DNA from: Nitrosopumilaceae archaeon | GTDB lineage: Archaea; Thermoproteota; Nitrososphaeria; Nitrososphaerales; Nitrosopumilaceae | DNA: 64,000 bases | Direction of reading: 5' to 3' | NCBI GenBank assembly: GCA_965203465.1 | Contig: CBDBCR010000003.1 | Location: 576,001-640,000 of the forward strand | Shown: piece by piece, positions 32,101 to 39,363 of the stretch | How positions within the stretch are numbered: the first letter of the stretch is position 1 | How the letters are laid out: each line of letters opens with the position of its first letter | Program-made: the position numbers and the translations under genes | The notes under the pieces: model-generated | Databases searched by the model: none | The model's input: the letters and a program-made list of their open reading frames with translations, nothing else | What the model was told of the DNA's origin: nothing

Positions 32101-33201
32101 GCCCTGCACCTTCGTGACGTCCGAGGCCGAAAGCGTGGCAGAGCCGGCGGTTCCCGAGACTGTGCTCAGCGTGCCGCTCACGTCGGTTCCCGAATCGTAC
32201 GCCCCCGTGGCGCTGTCGCGTATGTAAAAGGTGCCTGATTTTTTGGTTACCGTCTCGTCGAACGTGACCGACAGGGCCCGCGTGGCGGCGGTCATCTCCG
32301 CGGCGGTAAAGATGGGCAGGACGTTCAGCGGCTTTACGATGACGGCGTTTTTTGCTACGACGATATCGGAGTAGTCGTTTCTGAGGCCCGCAAAGGCGCC
32401 CGCGTCTACGTACAGGTGCGGGTTGGTGTACCCGGCGAGCGTGTCGCGGTTGGCGTCGGTGAGGATGAACTGTATCTGGTGCCGGGGGTGCGAGCCGGGC
32501 AGGCTGGGGGTGTCGGTGGAGCTCAGGTCTATGCCGCTGGTCGCCGACGGACCATCGCGTATGTGGAACTTGGTGGCGTTACTCGAGTGCAGGGTCGTCG
32601 GAAAGACCGCGTCGTCGGACTGCGTTTTGTAAGTGCCGTATTCCAAGGATTCGTCTGCTACGATGTGCAGCCTCTTGCTGTCCCTGTCGAACGTGGCGGA
32701 GGCGACCTTGGGGGAGGCGGTGTCGTCGCTCCAGACGACGTTGCTGCCCGCGTTCCGGCCCAGCCCCCCGACCTGCCCGAGCGCGGTGCTCGTATCTGCG
32801 GACTTTAGCGCCGTGTTCGATATGTAAAGGAGGACGGCAGACTGCGTCATCAGCCTCATGTCCTCCTCCTGCCCCGGCAGGTAGCGTATTAGTACAGAGT
32901 TTCCGCTGAACTCTATGGCAGAGCCCGTGATTTGGGAGGCGCCCTTTGTGTTACTGCTGCCGGTGCTCCTGTGGAGCACGATATCCTGCAGCGAATCTGC
33001 TTGGCTGGTATGGACCTGCATCGGGGTGTTGAAGTTTATGGTCAGGGTGGCGGCCCACGTGCCGTCGTTGATCATGTTCATGCTCGCCGCCCTGCCGGTT
33101 GCGGGATCGACCACCGAGGGCACGGTGGCCTCGGCTGCCGGCACCGCCGCGCAGCCTAGCGCCGCGGCCGCTACAACCAACAGGCCCCAAGATCTACCCA
33201 C
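26176..33201 (-). CDS. Giant (2341 aa) secreted surface protein with tandem ~115-125-aa beta-rich repeats
   Basis: Signal peptide; repeats DTTAPAL...LDExTGxLTLTFxESVKDG...GAVxDLSD; C-terminal ECDDCTPPTLG...KIYENEGP domain. Confidence 0.92.
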   Translation of the reverse strand: MGRSWGLLVVAAAALGCAAVPAAEATVPSVVDPATGRAASMNMINDGTWAATLTINFNTPMQVHTSQADSLQDIVLHRSTGSSNTKGASQITGSAIEFSGNSVLIRYLPGQEEDMRLMTQSAVLLYISNTALKSADTSTALGQVGGLGRNAGSNVVWSDDTASPKVASATFDRDSKRLHIVADESLEYGTYKTQSDDAVFPTTLHSSNATKFHIRDGPSATSGIDLSSTDTPSLPGSHPRHQIQFILTDANRDTLAGYTNPHLYVDAGAFAGLRNDYSDIVVAKNAVIVKPLNVLPIFTAAEMTAATRALSVTFDETVTKKSGTFYIRDSATGAYDSGTDVSGTLSTVSGTAGSATLSASDVTKVQGMATPHLHLNAGAVTDSGGADNVKIARAMTIASSAPELSSSTIDRSSGVVTLTFDNSVTKSTGNIDIREGSSATHSSSRDVRVAASANSVSASGSAVTFTLSSADLAKVNAMASPHVYLASSVVTAGGTANDALTAGQDAVLSPRITSSSLVPATRMLSATFSESVTAPATSPGNVYVASAGDADGFTSGTDVRLTLSGTAAATHTATITATELARVLAMTSPRLYAEANAATVSGLTNAAHDVSLSITAPVVSSAAVDIGTGAVTITFSYAVSAGTGSMDITQTNSATYDPTVHVRVAVSDATVSGNELTFTLSEPDRKKAIAMGTLWARVPAGLVTGGAGGNISAVSHVFTVTADTTAPTLVTAAGSEPALDEGTGILTLTFSESVKEGSDVDLEKIFITGSATASGGTALSVSGDASEVTSTADTDSEITIKLREAARKAAIGHATPYVYFTSGAVKDLSDQNAAASTAAAEIDDTADTTAPALVATGPNRPSLDEETGVLTMTFDESVKDGQADLAKIFVDNDPFNTGGTALTGSSVTSSVDTDAVVTVRLTEALRKEIIGYATPHLRLDSGAVKDLSDQDIAASAVSTEINDAADTVAPALAAPAPALDEATGVLTLNFDESVKDGSADASKIRIRDGSGTGGTPLTGSAVTSTADTDAQVTVKLTEALRKTAIGYTTPHLLLDSGAVTDLSDVAIVAFSASTEITDTADTTAPAISASTQPVFHVPTGVLTVVFSESVKDGPANVDLEKIFVADGSFTATADGTALSVSTATSTVTSTADTDAEITITLHSTLSQAVVGYAAPHLLFAAGAVKDLSDQDIAASTTSTEIRKVTDTTPPAVSSAALDEETGVLTITFDETIDVSRAGSGTGFELREGANSQDGSSGEVTLSDGEMRAGQSDGTTFVFELSEASRRGAILLNDPHLYIAAGAIEDLALNGIAANAAGTDIGQTLDTTAPALVASGADGPDLDEGTGILTLTFNESVRDGAGVDLAKIRIRDGSGTGGEPLTGSSVASSTDTDAQVTVRLTEALRQAAIGYARPHVALDAGAVRDLSDRPVAQTAGAEIDDSSDLVPPELTMAFANATQRVLILEFDEHVRAAASGSVSLVSGGTETALADTTPQLLGDRTRVSYDLSLSEIRIAGGAGVRVSIGNNSGISDTSGIAARASTVALSVTDDTAPAFVSATVISDSVVRAVFDDILAAPQASDFEVSGYQISSVSLAADGTTVSITITGTFAEGSRVQVSAGSGIEDRFGNALEPTTLTAEYEVVRVAVRELTVSSNNAARNAFNSDDTERGLVRAGDTVTLRLEAAPSGARIAQASVQISSASESASVDAGGLGLSASLAVPAGAADGPLQFAIRVTDEFGIPFTAGPAELTGANVSVDNTPPSVVSASASGEDSTTIRYSERVAADVSGASVATSSGTYSASVAASGSETILISWDGDGTVPASAVLRGLAVRDLAGNAAAGGQVGVGPSLDSASPGPTGVLPVAKGTTLRTVSVPAGIEPALELSSASITDPRVSFAGGRTAAFANPLSIITQEPGLPDVFFQEDTQVGGLAGLTVADVSLEAALIVAPSEYEVPAGSPALEAYPALRNPATAVLIGSPVADIAFSKPVRMEFDIPLSGLVFSVDAAGAVLPIPACAEGYGGELPLEQDAPESWPAETYDPLACVSENSVWTLHFSVFGVSYPQSGGSECDDCTPPTLGLDSYGARLVDEGFSYNGLSSDVEYFFTPYPLIESEVARQNTVSLKIYENEGPGNVEHVSVAFGLRSGEVISESKAVINYDIAFDGTGSVSVIDPDGAIDLDALSAGHETVQCSAGSELECLSVTINHTFRAPLEFDIVGTDVWDRERNSWQNYYNHGIRVSGEPLDPQPGIRVNGMVLYPISAGSASTDVMMDEQGHLFKMSPDGDYVPLSNQSRLYHEIDESMYVYDGVPKQGYDRSDPQFRDYLHAQVLAAQEALEAMTP
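28860..31045 (-). repeat. About six tandem ~350-bp intragenic repeat units
   Basis: Recurrent DNA blocks such as GTCCGACAGGTCC, TTTACxGATTCG and GCGTATCCGATG, spaced about 350-370 bp apart. Boundaries approximate. Confidence 0.8.
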
Positions 33202-33209
33202 CCTCTAGG

Positions 33210-33245
33210 TCACCGCCCCCCCCCCCCCCCCGCATATTATATAAA
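33210..33245 (-). promoter_or_regulatory. Promoter of the giant surface protein: TATA box, G16 tract, SD-like GGTGA
   Basis: Minus strand reads TTTATATA-ATATGC-G16-C-GGTGA-CCTAGAGG-GTG(start). C16 on + at 33216-33231. Confidence 0.8.
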
Positions 33246-33263
33246 CCAAACATGCCCCAAACT

Positions 33264-33790
33264 GTAAGCGGCCGGGTCGCCGATAGGAACAGGTAGAACT
33301 TGCCACAGGCATTCGGGCCCCGCTTGCGCCAGGTCAGCGCGCAGGTCAGGATCCTGCTTAACGCCCCCGCCCAAGTCACGCGGTGCTTGCTGATCAGGCG
33401 CTGTATCACGACGGGGCGGAGCGGCCCGGCGAACCGGTCGCGCAGCGCCGCGCCGGCCCGCAGCGCTTGGCTGCGTACCGCGTCGTCCCCACGCCCACGT
33501 CCGGCCGGGCTTGTCCAGCTCGCCCTTTGCCTTGCCGGCGCTTTTTTGGTTTCGGCCGCTTGTATCTCCAAGTTCACGGACGCCGCCCCGATCGGGCGCC
33601 CGGCGGTGCTTTTTGCCGTGCGCATGCCATGGATTTTGAGCATGCCGCGCACGGCGTCGACTCTTGCCGCACGACATGGTGGGCGCCGCCGGACCCATCG
33701 GCGTGCCGGGTATCTCAGGATCCGGCGCCTGCGTGTGCGCCGCATTCGACGCAGGCGTGCGCCGCGCCGCCAAAAACGCCCGCTTGGGGC
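33264..33790 (-). mobile_element. Second degenerate IS66-family transposase fragment with terminal IR
   Basis: LRPVVIQRLISK...ILTCALTWRKRGPNACGKF; GTAAGCGGCCGGG terminus at 33264; clear DNA similarity to 5220-5379. Far boundary approximate. Confidence 0.72.
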
Positions 33791-33873
33791 ACGTGTGGAA
33801 AAACACGCCGGATCTGGCAGCTTGCCGTACGCCCGACGCTACCCATATAATCGACCGGGCGCCGCGCGGCGGC

Positions 33874-36555
33874 ATGGACGGAGCTGACGGGGGGCCGGCC
33901 GTGCCGGCTACAGGGGATGTCGTCTATGCGCTGCTGCGCGACAACGCGCCGCTGGTGCGCAAGCTGCTCGAGGCCTCGCCGTTCATAGATCCCCGCGGGC
34001 GCATCGGCGCCCCGCAGGGCGAGTTTTTCTCGGCGTACGGCGAGTTCGACCACGCCGCGACGGCGCTCGGGCAGGTGCAGAACCGGTTCCGCGTCTGGGC
34101 AGAGTCGGTCGTCAACGGGTTCGATTACGGGCTCAACGGCAGCATCGGCGCCCATCCGGGCAGGTTCACGCCCGCCGAGCTGGACTGCGCCAACCTGCTG
34201 TTCTGGCTGGACGGCCTCGAGGAGGCAGGATGCGGCATGCCCGGCGTGCGCGAAGCCGTGGCGCGCATGGACGGCAGCGTCGCCGTCCGGGACGCAGCAG
34301 AGGCCGTAGCCGAGTTTTACGCGCTCCTGCCCGGCGCGGCAAAGGACGCCAAAGCAAGGACCGTGGAAGAGACCGTCGCCCCCCCCCCCCCCCGGCTTGA
34401 GGCGGGCTCGCTGGGGGCCGTCGACGCCCACGCCGCACCGGCAGACGAGTTCCTCGCGCACGTAAAGGGCGAGGCCGGGTGGGCGTTTGAGTTTCTGGTG
34501 CTGCACGGCAGCTATGCGACGGGCGACTATGTGCGCGGCTGCTCGGATCTGGACACGTTCGGGATCCTGCGCGAAGACACCGCCGCGTCGGCAGACGAGC
34601 TGCTGCGCCTGCGCGGCGCGGTGCTGCCCGCCTGGAGGCACCTGTACAGGATAGACCCGCTGCAACACCACGGCGTCATGCTCGCCTCGGCCCAGGACGC
34701 CGGCTTTTACGCGCAGCATTTTTTCCCGCTAGAGCTGTTCGGGCACGCAAAGACGGTCGCGGGCGGGCGCTCGTCGTTTGGCGTGCGCGACGGCAGGTTC
34801 GACGAGCTCGTAATCATGCACCAGACGCTGCACGGCCTGCTCTGCGCCGGGCCGGGGTCGCTCGACGCCCTGTCCGTCCACCGGCTCAAGTGGCGCCTAC
34901 AGCTCGTCCTGCTGCTGCCGGCCCTGTCGTTCATGACGGAGGGGCGCTACATGTACAAGCGCGACTCGTTCAAAGAGATCGAAAAGGCGCTCGACGGGGA
35001 CGAGCTGCGCTCGCTGCGCGCGTGCAGCCGGGCACGCAGCGAAAACATGTACGGCGAGAGCGAGTTTGCCTGGAATCCGGACGGCGAGATCGGCGCCCAG
35101 CTGTCCGCCTACCGGGAAAGCGTGCTGGACGGGCCGCCTCCCCCGGCCCTCGCAGCCGCGGTGGACGACGGCTTTTTGCAAGGCCTGCGCGACTTGGCCG
35201 CGCGCCTGGCGGCCAGGATGATATCCGGGCTATTCGGCAAGAGGTACCCGTACATGCAGGCCGCCTTCGAATGGGAGGACGGGCCGTCGCCGGCCGAACC
35301 GCGCGAGTACGACGAGGCCGCAGCGTCGATAGCCGCCAAGATCTCCGCAAGGTACCGCAATGTCTCGGTGCTCCGCCACGGGGGCGTGGAGGCGCCCGGG
35401 ATATCGGATCTCGACCTAGTCGTGCTCGTGGATGGCCCGACCGACGCGGGGAATCTGGCAGAGGACTGGGAGGGCATGCTCGATTCGCGCCAAAAGTACC
35501 TGTGCTCCCACGCCCCGTTCATGATACCGGCCGGGCTGCTCGGGCGCATCCAGGAGGTGTGGCCGGTGAGCCGCCTCGCCGAGCCGGACGGCTCGCCGGT
35601 CGGCGGCGTCCCGTACGAGCCCGACTGGAAGGCCCACGTGCCCACCTTGGCGGAGCTGTACGTGTTCGTCAACCCGCTCGCCGGATATTGCGAGGCGTTC
35701 GCGACCGGAAGGATCGGGGAGCGCGCCGCGCTCTCGGCCCTAAAGTCTCTGACGTACACGCTGGCCATACTCGGAGCAAACGGCGCCGAGCTGGGCGCGG
35801 GGTTCGGAAAGGAGGTAGACGGCCTGCGCGCGTCCTGGTTCGGCGCGGACGTGGCGGCGCGCAGGACGCACCTGCTTGACCTGTATGTCAGGTCGCTCGG
35901 AATACACCTGGGCGCCATGGAAGCAGTCCGCCGCAGGATGGCTCGGGACGCGGGGCGCGCGTCCCGCGTCGCCGGATCCGCGTTCGATCAGATCGCGTTC
36001 GTGCCGGACTGGTCGCCGCAGGCGGCCCTGGACTGCATCTCCGAGCAGATGTACAGGGCCGATTCCCACCTCCAGGCGATGCCGGCAGAGTTTCTGGCGC
36101 AGCTTTGCGCGTACGCAGGCCGGCCCGGCCCGCTCTCGCGGTACCTGTCGGGGCACGTCGAGCGCAGCCCGGATCAGGAGGCCGCGCCCGGAGGGCCGTC
36201 CGAGCGCCGCGCGGCCCTGCTGGACGGGGCCCTGAGGGATCTGGAGGGCATGGGCGTAAAGACCCCGGTGCTCCCCGCGTTCGCGGTCAGGGAGGCCCCC
36301 GACTACGGCGGCATGCGGCGCCACCTGATGTCCATGGTCTCCGATCCGGGCGGGGCCGCGCGGGCGGCCTGCAGGGCCGAGCGCGCCCATTACGAGCTGC
36401 GCGGGGAGAACGCGCAAGAGCTGCGCCGGAGCCGCGACGGGCTGTCCGAGACGCTCGAGGGCATATACGCGAGCAGGACGTGGCGGGCGCTGCGCGCGCT
36501 CGACTCCGTTGCCGAAAAGATGCCCTTCCGCCCCTCGGGGCGGCGCGGTTCCTAG
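33874..36555 (+). CDS. 893-aa protein with two Pol-beta-type nucleotidyltransferase domains and a C-terminal coiled coil; contains an in-frame C15 tract
   Basis: HGSYATGDYVRGCSDLD and HGGVEAPGISDLDLVV match hG[GS]x(n)DhD; tail YASRTWRALRALD. ATG 24 nt after CATATAA. Confidence 0.8.
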   Translation: MDGADGGPAVPATGDVVYALLRDNAPLVRKLLEASPFIDPRGRIGAPQGEFFSAYGEFDHAATALGQVQNRFRVWAESVVNGFDYGLNGSIGAHPGRFTPAELDCANLLFWLDGLEEAGCGMPGVREAVARMDGSVAVRDAAEAVAEFYALLPGAAKDAKARTVEETVAPPPPRLEAGSLGAVDAHAAPADEFLAHVKGEAGWAFEFLVLHGSYATGDYVRGCSDLDTFGILREDTAASADELLRLRGAVLPAWRHLYRIDPLQHHGVMLASAQDAGFYAQHFFPLELFGHAKTVAGGRSSFGVRDGRFDELVIMHQTLHGLLCAGPGSLDALSVHRLKWRLQLVLLLPALSFMTEGRYMYKRDSFKEIEKALDGDELRSLRACSRARSENMYGESEFAWNPDGEIGAQLSAYRESVLDGPPPPALAAAVDDGFLQGLRDLAARLAARMISGLFGKRYPYMQAAFEWEDGPSPAEPREYDEAAASIAAKISARYRNVSVLRHGGVEAPGISDLDLVVLVDGPTDAGNLAEDWEGMLDSRQKYLCSHAPFMIPAGLLGRIQEVWPVSRLAEPDGSPVGGVPYEPDWKAHVPTLAELYVFVNPLAGYCEAFATGRIGERAALSALKSLTYTLAILGANGAELGAGFGKEVDGLRASWFGADVAARRTHLLDLYVRSLGIHLGAMEAVRRRMARDAGRASRVAGSAFDQIAFVPDWSPQAALDCISEQMYRADSHLQAMPAEFLAQLCAYAGRPGPLSRYLSGHVERSPDQEAAPGGPSERRAALLDGALRDLEGMGVKTPVLPAFAVREAPDYGGMRRHLMSMVSDPGGAARAACRAERAHYELRGENAQELRRSRDGLSETLEGIYASRTWRALRALDSVAEKMPFRPSGRRGS

Positions 36556-36653
36556 CCGCTGGTCTTCCCGGCAGGCAAGGCGTACGCGAAGCCGCGCACT
36601 GCAAAAACCGGGCCGGCCGCAAGGACTATTTGGATCGTCCCCCCGAGACCGGC

Positions 36654-36953
36654 ATGGACGCGGGCGAGGCTGCAAAGATGCTGCTTGCCGGCGCCACGCT
36701 GGCCGCGCAGCCCTGCCCGTACTGCGGCGGCGTGCGCGTCATAAAGGACGGCGACGCGTTCTGCACCGGGTGCAATAGCGCCCCGGCCGAGGGCCCCGCG
36801 CGCACGGGCGGGGCCGCCGAGGCGCTCGAGAGGAGCATAAGCGAGCTCTCGCTGAAAGTCGCCGCCGAGACCGACGGGGCAAGGCGCGCAGAGCTGGTCT
36901 CGTCCATAGACCGGCTCTCCTCGGCGCTCGAGAGGTTGCGCAAGACAGGTTAA
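36654..36953 (+). CDS. Zn-ribbon protein, autoantigen p27 / UPF0148-like
   Basis: AAKMLLAGATL..PCPYCGG......GDAFCTGC followed by a helical tail. Confidence 0.82.
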   Translation: MDAGEAAKMLLAGATLAAQPCPYCGGVRVIKDGDAFCTGCNSAPAEGPARTGGAAEALERSISELSLKVAAETDGARRAELVSSIDRLSSALERLRKTG

Positions 36954-36980
36954 TATTGTATTATGGCAGAATGCGCCACT

Positions 36981-38339
36981 ATGTGGGCGGTCTTTGTAGC
37001 AGCGGCGCTGGTCGCGGTTGCAGGCATCGCCGCGCCGGCCATGGGCGCCCAGTTGATAGCGTCGGTCAACCCGAGCGCCGGCGAATCCGAGTTCAACATG
37101 AGGTACCTGAGCACCGTCTCGGTCCAGTACCCCGACGGCGGCCAGGTCGCCGACCTGCTGCGCGGCCACCAGGCCCAGATGTCCGCGTTCGTGGCAGCCG
37201 GCACGCCCGAATCCGAGGCGGTGGCCGAGATGATCACGGCCACGATGCTGGCCAACGGCAGCCAGGCGCGCGTGCAGGACATCGACGTAGAGTACACGGC
37301 CACCCTGCAGGGCAGGCAAGACGCCGCCTCGATAGACTACAAGGTCGAGATAGACGGGACCCTTGCGGGCTACGTCATACGCCCGCTGGAGGGCAGCAAC
37401 CCGGCCGTAGTCGACATGGGCTGGAGGGACATGAGCGTAAGCGGGCCGGTCATGCTGGGCGGCACCGAGATAAACATCCCCATGTCGTTCATAGAGGCCG
37501 AGGTGCCCGGGCTCGCGAGGGCCATGTCCGGCTCCGAGGCAGAGGCGCTACTGCGCGCTCCGCTCATGGATTCTTCTTTCATACTAGAGCAGCCGCTGGC
37601 CAACTGGCACTCGCTGTTCGATCCCACGGGGGTGAACGTGGACGCCGCTACGTTCGGCATCAGCGACGAGATAGCCGGGTTCGTCGTCACCGCGTACACC
37701 ATGGGCGAGAGCAGCTTTAGGGAGGGCATACAGATAGAAAGGATACAGAACGCGCCGTTTGAGGCCGACCGCGAGTACAACGTAAAGGTGACGCAGTCGG
37801 CCGACAACGGGAACGTCGGCGTGATCGGCTTTGCGCAGCTCGATTCCATAGACGGCCTGGAGATAGTCGGGGTGTTCCCGACGGCTCCGGCCAACACGGC
37901 CGACACGTCGACGGGCGACTTTCCGGTGTTCATCATGTACGGCATGGCCGGGGTGGCCGCGGTAGGCGCCGTGGCGTTCTTTGCGTTCAGCAGCAGGCAG
38001 ATGAAAAAGGAACAGGGCCAGGGCCAGACCGGCATAGACCCCTCGAGGCTGGTCGGCCGCCAGACTAGCGAGAGCTCCGGGGGCTACCACACAAACCGCG
38101 GCGAGGCCCAGCTTGCCGAAGAATCTCAGTACCAAAAGACCAGGAGCGTCTACGACGACCCCGACGCGGGCGAGCAGCCCAGCCTGCCAGCCGAGCCGTC
38201 CCAAGAGGCGGCGTGCGGGTGCGCCGCCTCGGCCGAGATGGGCTCCGAGTGCGACTGCCAGATGCAGGGCTCGTGCCTGTGCGATTCGTCGTGCGGGTGC
38301 GCGATCGAGGTGTGCGTAGAGCACGCTCGCGAGTTTTAG
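36981..38339 (+). CDS. Single-pass membrane protein with a cytoplasmic Cys-rich tail
   Basis: Signal peptide; TM FPVFIMYGMAGVAAVGAVAFFAF; C-terminus CGC...CDC...CLC...CGC...C. Confidence 0.82.
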   Translation: MWAVFVAAALVAVAGIAAPAMGAQLIASVNPSAGESEFNMRYLSTVSVQYPDGGQVADLLRGHQAQMSAFVAAGTPESEAVAEMITATMLANGSQARVQDIDVEYTATLQGRQDAASIDYKVEIDGTLAGYVIRPLEGSNPAVVDMGWRDMSVSGPVMLGGTEINIPMSFIEAEVPGLARAMSGSEAEALLRAPLMDSSFILEQPLANWHSLFDPTGVNVDAATFGISDEIAGFVVTAYTMGESSFREGIQIERIQNAPFEADREYNVKVTQSADNGNVGVIGFAQLDSIDGLEIVGVFPTAPANTADTSTGDFPVFIMYGMAGVAAVGAVAFFAFSSRQMKKEQGQGQTGIDPSRLVGRQTSESSGGYHTNRGEAQLAEESQYQKTRSVYDDPDAGEQPSLPAEPSQEAACGCAASAEMGSECDCQMQGSCLCDSSCGCAIEVCVEHAREF

Positions 38340-38345
38340 TGGCGT

Positions 38346-38618
38346 GCTGGGAGTAACCCTCCTCTTGTTTTCCGCGGCATTTCGCTTTGCGGCCCACCCC
38401 GACCGGGCACGGGCACCCGAGGTCGCGTTCGGCCTTGCTCCGCGCGGGTCGGACCTTCCACTCCGCCTCCCGGGAACCTCAGGCTCTTGCCATCACCGTG
38501 CCCCGGGCCGGATTGCTTTCTGTTCCGTCGCCGGCCGTCTCCGGCCGCCCGTCTCCGGGCCGCGCATCCCGTGAGGAGGAAGGAGTTTCCTCTGCCACAG
38601 CAGCGCTCGCGCTCCAGC
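38346..38618 (-). ncRNA. rnpB: Archaeal RNase P RNA
   Basis: Reverse complement contains GAGGAAACTCC (P4 5' strand), ACAGAAA, GAGCAAGGCC and AACAAGAGGAGGGTTA (P4 3' strand); terminal GCTGG/CCAGC pairing. Confidence 0.9.
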
Positions 38619-38670
38619 TCGCCGGCGCGGCGCGGCAAATCCTCTTATTTGAAAGTGTCCCCCCGGCAGC

Positions 38671-39288
38671 GTGGACGCCGGGCGCGCCTTTGACCGGTGG
38701 GCGCGCGACGGGCGCGCCGAAAGGATGGAGCGCGGCCACTCCGGGACCGCCGTCCCGTTCCTGCGCCGGACGCTGCCAGGCGGCCGCTTTTCGTTCCTCG
38801 ACGTGGGGTGCGGCAACGGGTGGGCCTGCCGGCTGGCAGCCTCGCACGCGCGCTGCTCGCGCGCCGTCGGCATAGACGCCAGCGCCGGGATGGTGCGCCG
38901 CGCGCGGGCGCGCGCCTCGCCCAAGGAATCCTACGAGGTCTCCGAGATATCCGCGTGGAAGACGCGCAGAAGGTTCGACTATGCGTTCGCCATGGAATCG
39001 ATATACTACGCGGCCTCGCCGGCCGCGGCCGTCGCGCGCGTCTTTGGGCTCTTGCGGCCCGGCGGCGCGTTCGCGTGCGGGACGGACTTTTACGCCGAGA
39101 ACGCGGCCACGCGCAGGTGGGCGCGCACGACCGGCCTGCCCATGCACCTGCTCTCGCGCAGGCGGTGGAAAAAGACGTTCGAGGAGGCAGGATTCGAGGC
39201 GCGCACCGTCTCGGTCCGCGACCCCTCCTCGCCCGAGGCCTGGAAGCGCGACATGGGCACGCTCTTCGTGATCGGCTCCAAAGAGTGA
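38671..39288 (+). CDS. Class I SAM-dependent methyltransferase
   Basis: FLDVGCGNGW, GIDAS, LLRPGG. Confidence 0.9.
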   Translation: MDAGRAFDRWARDGRAERMERGHSGTAVPFLRRTLPGGRFSFLDVGCGNGWACRLAASHARCSRAVGIDASAGMVRRARARASPKESYEVSEISAWKTRRRFDYAFAMESIYYAASPAAAVARVFGLLRPGGAFACGTDFYAENAATRRWARTTGLPMHLLSRRRWKKTFEEAGFEARTVSVRDPSSPEAWKRDMGTLFVIGSKE

Positions 39289-39363
39289 GGCGTTGCCGGC
39301 CAGGGCCGCGGCTAGGCCGCCGCGGCAGCTGCTTTCCAGATTGCGTTTTGTGCCACTGCGGGA

